Source: Nitrospirota bacterium
GTDB taxonomy: Bacteria > Nitrospirota > Nitrospiria > Nitrospirales > NS-4
Assembly (NCBI GenBank): GCA_963788195.1
Contig: CAWBGA010000001.1
Span: 352,001-416,000 of the forward strand
Direction: 5' to 3'
DNA: 64,000 bases
Numbering within the stretch: the first letter of the stretch is position 1; each line of letters begins with the position of its first letter. The notes under the pieces are model-generated. The model did not search any database. It was not told the DNA's origin and worked only from the letters and a program-made list of their open reading frames with translations. The translations under genes and the position numbers were made by a program. Of this stretch, positions 54,299 through 64,000 are shown one piece after another.

Positions 54299-55023
54299 TC
54301 ATAGACGGCGCGCAAGGGTCCAGACAACCACGGCTTTGACGCCGGCTTGACGAAGGGCCTTGGCACACTCGTTGACAGTGGCACCGGTGGTCAAGACGTC
54401 ATCAATCAGCAGGACTCGCTGATCCTGCAAAGCTTTTGCCTGGAACGGGGCAAACGCGTGCTTGACGTTTTCGGCTCGCGCCGCGCGATGCAGTTCGGTT
54501 TGAGGCGGCGTCGCCCGAATTCGGCGGAGATGATGTAACGACAATGGCAGGCTCAGACGAGTTGCGATTCGGTCTGCCAGGAGCAGCGACTGATTGAATT
54601 CACGCACCGCAGTCGCTTGGGATGAAGCGGAACGGGCAGTACGAGATCGACGGCAGGAAGCTTATCTTTGCACACAAGCATCAACTCTGCGAGCGGTCGC
54701 GCTAATGCGACGCATTTGCGATACTTAAAAAGATGAATCGCGCGGGCAAGAGCGCCTTCAAAGGCATAGGGTGAAAGGACGCAATCAAAAGCCGGCGGGG
54801 ATTCGCGACAGCTCTGGCACCGATGGCCGGGGCTATATTCCAGCGCTACCGGAGAAGCGAAAGGGCGCCCGCAGCAGGGGCACATTGGGCCTTTCAGTGG
54901 TTGGATCGATTCCCAACAAGATTGGCAGAAACACGGGAAGTGACGGTCCGGTGCGGCACGAAGACACACCGCGCAGTCCATGGGAAAAACCCATTGCAGC
55001 ACGGTATCCAAAAAATCCGGCAT
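54299..55023 (-). CDS. comF: ComF family protein (double zinc ribbon + PRT domain; frameshift near 54605)
   Basis: four CxxC, PVPLHPKR, FNQS, LLIDDVLTTGATVNECA. Confidence 0.9.
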
Positions 55024-55074
55024 GGGAGCTTGGACACGGAGTGCGCCGACATGTCACAGCCGGTCCGTCAATAC

Positions 55075-55247
55075 CATTGCACCCACCCAGCCCCGCGGCT
55101 GCCAAGACAGCCGCTTTTCCCGTGGACCTGCGCCAAACGGCCGTAGGAGCAAAGAAGTCTGTCCCGGCACTGACTTCAGGGCGGGTGGGTGTCGGGGGCA
55201 AAGGGATGCGTCTCGGCGCGGCCGGTCTTGGCGGGCGGGTGTAATGG
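55075..55247. repeat. cluster H of dispersed hairpin/G-tract repeat (back-to-back units)
   Basis: minus: GGGAAAA-GCGGCTGTC-TT-GGCAGCCGC-GGGGCTGGGTGGGTGCAAT; plus: GAAGTCTGTC-CC-GGCACTGACTTC-AGGGCGGGTGGGTG and a further unit ending GGCGGGCGGGTGTAAT. Confidence 0.85.
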
Positions 55248-55353
55248 GCCATCAGCCTTGCGGCGGTTATAGGGGGAGCCAGAAGGCTTGTGCCGTTGGC
55301 CCGCCTCAGAGATTTGTGTTATAGATGAACGACTAAAACCCGAGCACGCACGT

Positions 55354-56025
55354 GTGGTTCGTGTGGACAAAGTCTCTAAAGTCTACCAGCGCGGAGCGGC
55401 ATCGATTCATGCGCTGAGAGGTGTCTCGTTAGAAGTGCCACATGGCCAATTTCTGGTGGTGATGGGTCCCAGCGGAAGCGGAAAGAGCACGTTACTGAAT
55501 GTGATCAGCGGTTTAGATCGCCCCACGGAAGGGGAAATCGTGATCGACGGACATTCGACGAAAGGCTTTACCGAATCGGATTGGACGTTACTGAGGCGGC
55601 AGCGGATCGGGATTGTCTTTCAATCCTTCAACCTGCTGCCGGGACTGACGGCGCAAGAGAATGTCGAGCTTCCTCTTTTGCTCAGAGGTGATTCCGAGGC
55701 AGGAGCACAGGCAGAATGCTCGTTGCGCGCCGTGGGCTTGGCCCATCGTGCACATCATCGGCCCGCCGAACTTTCCGGTGGAGAACAACAACGCGTCGCG
55801 TTGGCCCGCGCCCTGGTTCATCGCCCAGCGCTCATGCTGGCGGATGAGCCCACGGGAAATTTGGATTCGCGCACGGGAAGCGAAATCGTAGAACTCATCA
55901 AAGGGCTGGCTCAGGAACATCGACAAACGGTGATCTTGGCCACCCATAGCCGGGAAGCTGCCGCCAAAGCGGATCGGGTGCTTGTCATGCGTGATGGGGG
56001 CCTCGAGGCGGAGGCGCAGCAATGA
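55354..56025 (+). CDS. ABC transporter ATP-binding protein (LolD/MacB-like)
   Basis: GPSGSGKST, LSGGEQQRVA, LADEPTGNLD. Confidence 0.93.
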   Translation: MVRVDKVSKVYQRGAASIHALRGVSLEVPHGQFLVVMGPSGSGKSTLLNVISGLDRPTEGEIVIDGHSTKGFTESDWTLLRRQRIGIVFQSFNLLPGLTAQENVELPLLLRGDSEAGAQAECSLRAVGLAHRAHHRPAELSGGEQQRVALARALVHRPALMLADEPTGNLDSRTGSEIVELIKGLAQEHRQTVILATHSREAAAKADRVLVMRDGGLEAEAQQ

Positions 56026-56405
56026 GGACTGTGGTCATTTTGGGGGTGCTTTTGCTGGCAATGAATCCAGGGTTGCCGGCGAAGGCGGACGCGCCTGTGA
56101 TCAAACATCCCTTGGCGCAAACGCATCCCATCATCATTGACGCAACCGCGCTTAAGCCATCCAAAGCCTGGAGCATTCCCGGCGTCACCGAGCCTTTGCA
56201 GTCTTTGACCGGCCCTACGACTACCCAGATTACGACCGTCAACCTCAGGCCGGGTCGCTACATGTTCACCACCACTAGTCTGTCCTTTGAGTTCACCGTC
56301 GATCTCGAAGGTAAGCTGGGTTACGCAAAATTGCACGACCAGTGCGTGAGCGGCAGGGGCACCTCCCAGCTCACTGTGAACTGTCGCTTTACCATGCCGC
56401 AATGA
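56022..56405 (+). CDS. exported hypothetical protein
   Basis: signal peptide, ATGA overlap with the ATPase stop, two Cys near the C-terminus. Confidence 0.65.
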   Translation: MRTVVILGVLLLAMNPGLPAKADAPVIKHPLAQTHPIIIDATALKPSKAWSIPGVTEPLQSLTGPTTTQITTVNLRPGRYMFTTTSLSFEFTVDLEGKLGYAKLHDQCVSGRGTSQLTVNCRFTMPQ

Positions 56406-57352
56406 GGGCTTCGTCTCCGTCCGGCCCCGACCTTTCAACCACGATTGCCGGTGTTCGGTTTCCGCTCTGTTTGATGAATGCGTCGGGAGCGCTCTGCGTC
56501 ACGCGTGAGGAACTGGAGGCGCTAGGACGGTCACAGGCAGGAGCAATCGTCACGAAGTCAATGACGCGCGAACCCCGAGCTGGAAATCCGGAGCCTCGAT
56601 ACTTTGCTTTTTCCGAGGGCTCCGTGAATTCCATGGGTCTTCCGAACCTGGGCTACCGAGCGTACGCAGAGATCATTCCCGGGCTCAAGGCGTTTGGCAA
56701 GCCGGTGATTGCGAGTATCGCCGGTCTCTGCGAAGATGACTTTCCGGAAATCGCCCGGACCATCAGCAAGGCAGAGCCGGACCTGCTTGAAGTAAATCTG
56801 TCCTGTCCGAACATCGCCGGCAAACCGCAGATCGGCTATGATTTCGACGCCTCGGAACGTGTGCTGCGGCAGGTGCGGGCCGTGGCAGGCCGACCAATGG
56901 GCGTCAAGCTGCCCCCGTATTTTGATCCGGCCCACCATGCAGCCATGGCCGAAGTGCTGCGTCGGGTCCCTGTCGACTTTCTGTCGTTGATTAATTCGGT
57001 CGGCAATGCTCTCGTGATCGACCCGGAGCGGGAATCGGTTGTCATCAAGCCCAAGGGCGGTTTCGGCGGACTCGGGGGCGCGATGATCAAACCTGTGGCC
57101 TTGGCCAACGTCAGGTCATTTTGGAAGGCCTTTCAAGGGCGGATTCCCATTATCGGTGTCGGAGGCGTAAGGTCGGGGACCGACGCCTTTGAGCATCTGC
57201 TTGCCGGCGCCTCGGCAGTCCAGATCGGAACAGCTCTCGTGGAGGAGGGCCCGAAGGTGTTTGATCGCATTCAACAGGAGCTTCAGGGCATCCTGGTCAG
57301 AAAGAGCTATCAAGGGGTCCAATCTGTCGTAGGCCGGCTTCAGGAATTGTGA
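56402..57352 (+). CDS. pyrD: dihydroorotate dehydrogenase, class 1A-like
   Basis: MNASG, NSMGLPN, NLSCPN, GVKLPPYFD, KPKGGFGGLGG. Confidence 0.9.
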   Translation: MRASSPSGPDLSTTIAGVRFPLCLMNASGALCVTREELEALGRSQAGAIVTKSMTREPRAGNPEPRYFAFSEGSVNSMGLPNLGYRAYAEIIPGLKAFGKPVIASIAGLCEDDFPEIARTISKAEPDLLEVNLSCPNIAGKPQIGYDFDASERVLRQVRAVAGRPMGVKLPPYFDPAHHAAMAEVLRRVPVDFLSLINSVGNALVIDPERESVVIKPKGGFGGLGGAMIKPVALANVRSFWKAFQGRIPIIGVGGVRSGTDAFEHLLAGASAVQIGTALVEEGPKVFDRIQQELQGILVRKSYQGVQSVVGRLQEL

Positions 57353-59952
57353 CCCTCTTTCGCCTGATTGTCTGGCGTCATCTTCTTCACGAACCGCTAC
57401 GCACGATCCTTACAGTCCTCGGAGTCGGATTGGGCGTTGCTGTCTACGTGGCGGTAGCCACAGCGAACATTGAGGTGCTCCGCACATTCGAAGAAGGAGT
57501 GCTAGCTATTGCCGGCCGTACCACGCTTCAGGTTACCAGTGCGGCGGCTCTCCCGGGGGGCTTCGACGAAACTGTTATTGAGACGATACGTCAGGCCGAT
57601 GGCGTGGCCCTCGCCACTCCGGTGCTGGAGTTCTCAACAATCTGGCGCGGCGGTCCTTCATCGCCCGTGACATTGCCGGTTCTCGGCGTTGACCTTCTCG
57701 CAGAATCAAAGGTGCGCGATTACACCATCGCATCGGCGGTTTCCACTCGAGAACCCGTCGAGAATCCCGCTACCGGCGAAGCCGACTGGGAGCGCTACCT
57801 TGAGCCAGATGCCATCTTCATCGGTCGGGCTTTTGCGAAACGGTATGGAGTAGTCACCGGAGTCCCTATCGACCTGCAGGTGGGTCCGCGGGTCCGACGT
57901 CTGACGGTCAGAGGAGTTATTGAAGGAAAAGGTCCAGCGTCAGCGGTGCTCGAAGAGCTGGCCGTCATGGACATTGCCGCCGCACAACTGATGTTTGATC
58001 GTCTGGGCCAGCTTGATCGCATCGACGTGATCACTGACTCCGGTCAAGCAGTCGACGAGATCGCAGTCCGGATTCGCGAGCGTCTTCCGTCCGGCCTTCT
58101 CATCAAGCGGCCCGAGCAGCGAAACGTACAAATCGAGCGAATGACCAGGGCGTTTCGGCTTAATGTTGCGTCGTTGAGCACCGTCGCATTACTCGTCGGG
58201 TTGTTCCTGGTGTACAACACCATGTCCTTTGCCGTGCTTCGGCGGCGTCGGGAGATTGGGATTCTGCGGTCGTTGGGCATGTTGCCTTATGGGATCGGCC
58301 GGTTATTTCTTTTGGAAGGGTTGCTCTTGGGAATTGTCGGCTGGGGCGTGGGGATTCTTGGCGGCATGGTCCTCGCGCGCGTCGCGGTAGGAATGATGGT
58401 GACGACATCGGGAGACCTGTATGACGTCGCTGTTCAACACAGTCAGGCGCGCATCCCCCTGCCGGTCGTGGCGCAGAGTTTGTTGATCGGTATGAGCGTT
58501 GCCCTGTTAGGGTCCATTGGCCCGATCCGTGAGGCCAGCGCTGTCCAGCCGGTACGTGCCCTCGCGCCAAGAGGCTACGAAGTTGATGCGATAAAACCCG
58601 TCCTCCCGATTCTTCTTAAGTCAACGGCGCTCTTCATCGTAGCCGGAGCTGCGGCTCTCGCAGAACCGGTCCGCGGGCTTCCGATATTCGGATATCTGTC
58701 GGCATTCCTGCTGATCGTAGCCATGGCGATGCTCAGTCCTGTTGTGATACGTGCGATGGGCCCGTGCGTTCGAGCCATTCTGCCAAAGGGGTACCGCGGC
58801 GTTGTACGGATTGCTGCGGATGAGTTAGAGCGGGCGTCGGTGAGGAACGCCGTCGCGGTGTCGGCCTTGATGGTCGGCCTTGCCTTGATGATTGGCATGG
58901 GCATTCTGATCCAAAGCTTTCGCCAGACAGTGGATGTGTGGCTGGATCAAACAGTCAAGGCGGACGTGATCGTTGCGCCTCCAACGTGGCTCGGTTCCGG
59001 ACCTGCCGGTCTTCTGCCGGAATCCGTCGGTCGACGGCTGGAGGGAATTTCCGGTGTTGACGCGGTGGATTCCTATCGCGATCTGCGTATGGAATTCCGC
59101 GATCGACCCATAGCGCTCGTTGCGCGGCATATGCTCATCCACGCCCGGCACAGCCGCTATCTGTTCCTCGAAGGAGATTCGTCAGCTATTTTGGCGCGCG
59201 CCATCGACAATGATGAGGTCATCATCTCGGAGACATTCGCAAATCAGTTTGGCCTTACACAAGGCCAGCAGATGACCCTAGACAGTCCACGTGGCCCGCT
59301 TCAGGTGCGGATCGCGGGAGTGTTCTATGACTACGCCACCGATGGGGGCAAGGTGGTTATGGACCGCGCCTTGTTTGAGCGATTCTGGCAAGATCGACAT
59401 GCGACGGTGGTGCCCCTCTATCTGGCTCCTGGGGCGGATCTTGGCAGGATTCGCGCCGAGATCCTGTCCCGCCTGGCTGGAGAGCTTCCCGTGATCCTGA
59501 TAACAAACGTGGAATTGAAACGGGAAGTCCTTCGCATATTCGATCAGACATTTGCCGTCACATACGCGCTTGAGTTCATCGCCCTGCTCGTGGCGTTGCT
59601 TGCCATTGTCAATGCCTTGCTTTCCGGAATCTTGGAGCGGCAGGGCGAATTGGCTGTGATACGAGCAATCGGCGGGACGCCCCGTCAAATCGGCCGCATT
59701 GTCCTGTGGGAGTCCTGCTTGCTAGGCATGGCGGGCATCGTACTGGGAGTCATCGCCGGTGTCTTGCTTTCGCTTCTCCTCATTCATGTCATCAACAAGC
59801 AGTCGTTCGGCTGGTCCGTCGTATTCTATCTATCTCCGGTGGCCCTGCTGAAAGCCATTGGTTTGGTCCTGCTCACGACCGTGCTGGCAGGTTATGGGCC
59901 GGCCCGTAGAGCCGCTCACCTGCCGATGGCTGACAGTCTGCGTTATGAGTAA
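57349..59952 (+). CDS. ABC transporter permease with duplicated FtsX-like domains
   Basis: RRRREIGILRSLG and ERQGELAVIRAIG motifs, two periplasmic domains. Confidence 0.9.
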   Translation: MTLFRLIVWRHLLHEPLRTILTVLGVGLGVAVYVAVATANIEVLRTFEEGVLAIAGRTTLQVTSAAALPGGFDETVIETIRQADGVALATPVLEFSTIWRGGPSSPVTLPVLGVDLLAESKVRDYTIASAVSTREPVENPATGEADWERYLEPDAIFIGRAFAKRYGVVTGVPIDLQVGPRVRRLTVRGVIEGKGPASAVLEELAVMDIAAAQLMFDRLGQLDRIDVITDSGQAVDEIAVRIRERLPSGLLIKRPEQRNVQIERMTRAFRLNVASLSTVALLVGLFLVYNTMSFAVLRRRREIGILRSLGMLPYGIGRLFLLEGLLLGIVGWGVGILGGMVLARVAVGMMVTTSGDLYDVAVQHSQARIPLPVVAQSLLIGMSVALLGSIGPIREASAVQPVRALAPRGYEVDAIKPVLPILLKSTALFIVAGAAALAEPVRGLPIFGYLSAFLLIVAMAMLSPVVIRAMGPCVRAILPKGYRGVVRIAADELERASVRNAVAVSALMVGLALMIGMGILIQSFRQTVDVWLDQTVKADVIVAPPTWLGSGPAGLLPESVGRRLEGISGVDAVDSYRDLRMEFRDRPIALVARHMLIHARHSRYLFLEGDSSAILARAIDNDEVIISETFANQFGLTQGQQMTLDSPRGPLQVRIAGVFYDYATDGGKVVMDRALFERFWQDRHATVVPLYLAPGADLGRIRAEILSRLAGELPVILITNVELKREVLRIFDQTFAVTYALEFIALLVALLAIVNALLSGILERQGELAVIRAIGGTPRQIGRIVLWESCLLGMAGIVLGVIAGVLLSLLLIHVINKQSFGWSVVFYLSPVALLKAIGLVLLTTVLAGYGPARRAAHLPMADSLRYE

Positions 59953-59970
59953 GCCAAACACAGGCGTCTG

Positions 59971-61608
59971 ATGCGCCGATTGTTTCCTCTAGCACGCGGC
60001 AATCGTCGCCGTTCAACACGTCTCCTGAGCCGAATCATACGATGGGCGCGTACGCCTTGGGCGGTGGGGGGCACGAAGCGCAGGTTCATTATCATCCAGA
60101 TCGATGGTCTCTCCCACACGGCGTTGAACCTGGCATTGGACAGGGGCTACATGCCGGGTCTCACGGCCATGCTCCGGTCCGGCAGACTCACGATGCATCG
60201 TATGCCGGTCGGGCTGCCAACCTCCACGCCCGCATTCCAGGCAAGTGTGATGTATGGAGGACCCGTGGACATCCCCGCCTTTGAGTTTCTCGACAAGCGC
60301 ACAGGAGAGTATTTATGGTTTCCGCGCCCCTGGGTGTCGGCCCGGATCGAAGCCGCTCATGCGGAGGGCCGTCGAGGCATCATGGAGAATGGCCGCACAT
60401 ATGGATGTGTTTTCGGTGGCGGGGCCGACGATACCGTGTTCACGTTTGCTCATCTTCTGCGACCATCACCCGCCTGGAGCAAGCGCGGCCTCCGAGCGGC
60501 CCTGTTTCCTTGGGTGATTCTGACGTGGGCGGCCCTCAAGATGGCGGCGCGCACAGTTGTGACCGCATTGCGATGGCTCGCGCGGTTCCTCCGGAATCGG
60601 TTTTGGCGCGGGACAAGGCTATCGTCGCGGCGACTGTTCTACCGCTTGCTGATCACTGAATGGCTACGAGGGCTGTTTACCTTGAGCGTCACCGCCGATA
60701 TCTATGCGGGGGTAACGGCGATTTACGTGAATTACGTGGATTACGACATTCCGGCCCACGCTCTTGGCCCCCTGCATTCATCGGCCCTGCGCACTTTGCG
60801 TCTTGTTGATAAGAGCATCAAGAGCATTGTGCAGGTGATCTCACGTGTTCCGGAATGGCACTACGATCTCTACGTGCTCTCAGACCACGGCATGGTCCGG
60901 TCGGTACCGTTTGAAGCACTGAGCGGCGGAATCTCCGCGGTGGACGCGGTGCTCATCGCCTTTCAATGCGCGAAACACGCTGAGTCTCGTGCTGACGGTC
61001 AACCGCCGACCCGCCGGGAATTCACATGGCCCTTCGCATCCGCCTCTCAACGTCATCTCGCCTATCTAGAGCCGCGATCCAGAGAGCGTGATGCGGTCTG
61101 GGCGGGGAAGTTGTGCGTTGTTCCTGCCGGACCCAACATGAATATCTATTTCCTCGGCCATGAACACCATGTTTCCGTCGAGCAGATCGAAATCGAGTAT
61201 CCGGGCGCCATGGAGACTCTGAGTCGCCACCCGGGTATCGGATTTCTTTTAGCGCGTGATCGTGGTGGACCGGTGTGTTTTTTCCGTGGTATACTTATAA
61301 GAATACCGCCGTCACCGGGGCCGACCGGGTGTCCCCTTTTCGACCGTCCCGATCGTGTGTTAGTCGTGCAGGAATTGCAGAGTTTGCTTGCGATGCGGAG
61401 CTCGGGGGACATCGTCGTATACGGCAACTATTCCGGTTCGGGGTCTGTGTCGTTTTTGGGAGAGCGCGGTAGTCATGCAGGGCCATCGGAGGACGAGTTA
61501 TACGGCTTTATGCTTGCCCCTCAGAGCTCGTTCGATTTTGACTCCGTGACGGGGCCGCGTGATTTGTATCACCTCTTTATTCAATATCAACAGCAATCAA
61601 GCCGATAA
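59971..61608 (+). CDS. alkaline phosphatase superfamily / phosphodiesterase protein
   Basis: IQIDGL, PTSTPAFQ, DYD..AH, LSDHG, GSHAG. Confidence 0.8.
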   Translation: MRRLFPLARGNRRRSTRLLSRIIRWARTPWAVGGTKRRFIIIQIDGLSHTALNLALDRGYMPGLTAMLRSGRLTMHRMPVGLPTSTPAFQASVMYGGPVDIPAFEFLDKRTGEYLWFPRPWVSARIEAAHAEGRRGIMENGRTYGCVFGGGADDTVFTFAHLLRPSPAWSKRGLRAALFPWVILTWAALKMAARTVVTALRWLARFLRNRFWRGTRLSSRRLFYRLLITEWLRGLFTLSVTADIYAGVTAIYVNYVDYDIPAHALGPLHSSALRTLRLVDKSIKSIVQVISRVPEWHYDLYVLSDHGMVRSVPFEALSGGISAVDAVLIAFQCAKHAESRADGQPPTRREFTWPFASASQRHLAYLEPRSRERDAVWAGKLCVVPAGPNMNIYFLGHEHHVSVEQIEIEYPGAMETLSRHPGIGFLLARDRGGPVCFFRGILIRIPPSPGPTGCPLFDRPDRVLVVQELQSLLAMRSSGDIVVYGNYSGSGSVSFLGERGSHAGPSEDELYGFMLAPQSSFDFDSVTGPRDLYHLFIQYQQQSSR

Positions 61609-61617
61609 GGAAGAACG

Positions 61618-62334
61618 ATGATTGAAGCAAGACGTATCAGGGTTGTGACCTACAACATCCACCGTGGTCGGGGCCTTGACGGCGTGAATCGATTGGACCG
61701 TATTGTCGATGTCTTGCGGGAAGTGGATGCGGACATCATTGCACTTCAAGAGGTTCTTGGATCCCAGGCACCCCTCCTTGAGGCCGCGATGGGTATGAAC
61801 ATTATCTTCGGTCCGACGCGCCATATGGCCACCGGTTTGTACGGGAACCTATGTCTCAGCCGCTTCCCCTTGGTCTCCCACAAAAGCTACAACCTCACCT
61901 GCCTGCCTTTTGAACCACGTGGCTGTCTCCGCACCGATGTTGATTATGGCGCCGGTCCTTTGCACATCTTCAATGTCCACCTGGGGCTGCGTTATCGCGA
62001 ACGAATCAGGCAAGCGCAAATGCTGTCAGACATTCTTGATCCGCGTGAGTTGGGCGGGCCAAGACTGCTGCTGGGAGATTTTAACGAATGGTTTAACGGG
62101 AGGGCGTCACGCTTATTGCGCGCGGAGTTCGGCCATCCCTTCGGACGGCGCAAGAAACTGCGGACGCACCCGAGTCCGTTTCCGGTCTTTGGGCTCGATC
62201 GGATCTACCACGATCCGGCACTGCGTCTCGACCACGTCAAGGTTCATACCAGCCGGCGCGCCAGGATCGCATCGGACCACTTACCGACTTACGCCGATAT
62301 CCAGTTGGTTTCACACAACACCGGAACCTGCTAG
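61618..62334 (+). CDS. endonuclease/exonuclease/phosphatase family protein
   Basis: TYNIH, ALQEV, GDFNEW, LDRIY, ASDHLP. Confidence 0.92.
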   Translation: MIEARRIRVVTYNIHRGRGLDGVNRLDRIVDVLREVDADIIALQEVLGSQAPLLEAAMGMNIIFGPTRHMATGLYGNLCLSRFPLVSHKSYNLTCLPFEPRGCLRTDVDYGAGPLHIFNVHLGLRYRERIRQAQMLSDILDPRELGGPRLLLGDFNEWFNGRASRLLRAEFGHPFGRRKKLRTHPSPFPVFGLDRIYHDPALRLDHVKVHTSRRARIASDHLPTYADIQLVSHNTGTC

Positions 62335-62336
62335 GC

Positions 62337-63542
62337 TCAACGAGGCATATCTTTAACGATTTTCCCTCCCTGGATCACTGTCACGATTCGGTTCGGATCT
62401 TCCAATAGGGCTATGTCTTCCAGTGGATTGCCATCCACCACGATGAGGTCCGCCAGTTTTCCCGGCTCGACACTGCCGATCTCTTGATCCAGGCCCAATA
62501 GGGAAGACGCAGAACTCGTGGCGGCCTGAATAGCCTGTAAAGGTGATAAACCGAGATCGACCATCCGGCGGAGCTCTTGGGCGTTACGCCCATGGGGGTT
62601 AAAGGGTGTCCCGGCATCGGTGCCCATCGCAATTCGCACTCCAGCCTTGATGGCTTTCTGAAAGTTGACCTTGAGGCCGTCCGCCAGGAGAGTGACCTTC
62701 TGAAGCGCATGGTCCGGCATGCCGCCGGCCTTGCCGTGCTCTACGCCGGTTTGGATCGCCGACAGTGTGGGCACAAGGAACGTTTTGTGAAGCAGAAACA
62801 ACTCCAGCGCATCATCGTCCAGGAGGGTCCCATGCTCAATGGAATCGACTCCTGCGCGGATGGCATTTTTCATGCCTTCCGCGCCATGCGCGTGAGCCGC
62901 GACCCGGCGCCCGGCCAGTCTGGCTTCGTGGACAGCGACCTGAAGCTCCTCGAAGGTCAACTGGGGTGATCCGGGGGTGCCCCCCGGAGTCAGCACCCCG
63001 CCGGTGGCAATGAGCTTGATCACATCGGCGCCGTGTTGTATTTGCTCACGCACCGCCTTGATCACATCGTCCCGGCCGTCCGCCTGACGTCCGATAAACC
63101 ACGCGTGACCGCCCATCATACAGATGGCGAGACCCGCACTGAGCGTCCGTGGTCCGGGCATGACACCGGCCCGGATCGCGCGCCCAAGTGAAATTGAGAT
63201 GTGATTGCGAGACCCCACATCACGAACAGTAGTGATTCCCGCATTGAGCGTAGCCTGTGCATGTGTCGCCGCTTTCACGCCCGTGACGGTGGGATCGTCC
63301 TGCTGGAAGGTGGCAATCGGATCGGGGCTTGCATCGAGACAATAGTGAACATGGCAATCGATGAGGCCCGGCAGCAGGGCCTTTCCACGGCCTTCAATCG
63401 CGTGGACGTCCTTCGAAAGCCTCGCGGCGCTGTCGGACCCGACCCACAAGATCCGGCCGCCGTCGATTACCACCGTGGTCCGGTCCTGGCAGTGATCCTT
63501 GCCGTCGATTAGAAAGGTATGGCGTATGGCGAGAGCGGGCAT
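62337..63542 (-). CDS. metal-dependent amidohydrolase (Xaa-Pro dipeptidase-like)
   Basis: PGLIDCHVH, AAHAHG, SIEHG, GTDAGTP, GKLAD. Confidence 0.92.
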   Translation of the reverse strand: MPALAIRHTFLIDGKDHCQDRTTVVIDGGRILWVGSDSAARLSKDVHAIEGRGKALLPGLIDCHVHYCLDASPDPIATFQQDDPTVTGVKAATHAQATLNAGITTVRDVGSRNHISISLGRAIRAGVMPGPRTLSAGLAICMMGGHAWFIGRQADGRDDVIKAVREQIQHGADVIKLIATGGVLTPGGTPGSPQLTFEELQVAVHEARLAGRRVAAHAHGAEGMKNAIRAGVDSIEHGTLLDDDALELFLLHKTFLVPTLSAIQTGVEHGKAGGMPDHALQKVTLLADGLKVNFQKAIKAGVRIAMGTDAGTPFNPHGRNAQELRRMVDLGLSPLQAIQAATSSASSLLGLDQEIGSVEPGKLADLIVVDGNPLEDIALLEDPNRIVTVIQGGKIVKDMPR

Positions 63543-63545
63543 CCT

Positions 63546-64000
63546 TTAGCGCTCGAGGGCATCCATGACTTCCTGGACGTGGCCATCCACTTTGACCTTC
63601 CGAAAGACGGCTTTTAACCGACCCGTCTCATCAATGACGAAGGTACTTCGCTCGATGCCCCAATAGGTTTTTCCGTACATGCTCTTTTCTTTGTATACTC
63701 CATAGGCCTTGGAAACCTCCGCGTTCTCGTCGCTCAGCAGCGTGAAAGGCAGGCTGTATTTCTTGCTGAATCTCTGATGCGATGCGAGGTCATCGGTGCT
63801 GACCCCCAGCACCACGGTGTTGGCCTTTTGGATGCCTGTGATCTCATCACGAAATCCACATGCCTCTTTGGTGCATCCGGGGGTGTCGTCCTTGGGATAG
63901 AAGTACAGCACGACCTGCTTGCCCGCCAAGCTTTTCAGGGTGATTGGGCCGCTGCTGCTCGGTAATGAAAAATTAGGTGCCTTGTCACCGACCGTTAGTT
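63546..64000 (-). CDS. bcp: thioredoxin-dependent peroxiredoxin Bcp (5' end outside the window)
   Basis: LYFYPKDDTPGCTKEAC, ERSTFVID; frame open to the window edge. Confidence 0.93.
   Translation of the reverse strand, partial: LTVGDKAPNFSLPSSSGPITLKSLAGKQVVLYFYPKDDTPGCTKEACGFRDEITGIQKANTVVLGVSTDDLASHQRFSKKYSLPFTLLSDENAEVSKAYGVYKEKSMYGKTYWGIERSTFVIDETGRLKAVFRKVKVDGHVQEVMDALER

Overview
Bacterial chromosome segment, GC-rich. Gene content and order suggest a Nitrospirota-like organism (inference). It carries: udg; two tandem MFS transporters; a GT4 glycosyltransferase with a glycogen debranching enzyme; MoxR-DUF58-transglutaminase; NfeD-stomatin; KtrB/KtrA; an extra sigma70 factor; HtrA, lipB, gdhA, a D,D-carboxypeptidase and asnS; a full dcw cluster (rsmH to ftsZ, then pgeF, yggS, proC, yggT, divIVA); a displaced mraZ with rusA; comF; an ABC transporter split by a class 1A-like pyrD; and bcp. 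Many essential genes have single-base frameshifts, best read as sequencing indels. Two non-coding signals stand out. (1) A complete IS110 element (17753-18929) whose left non-coding end contains a bridge RNA: its guide segments match the element's own insertion target (a REP-like palindrome) and its circular donor junction, and circularisation would assemble a TTGACA-17-TATCTT promoter. (2) A dispersed repeat family I do not recognise, in 8 clusters, built as GGGAAAAG-[variable-sequence but self-complementary hairpin, usually closed by GTC-TT-GGC]-GGGYGGGYGGGTGYAAT. It shows clear covariation, forms G-quadruplex-type motifs at unit junctions, and two units lie inside the ftsI reading frame.
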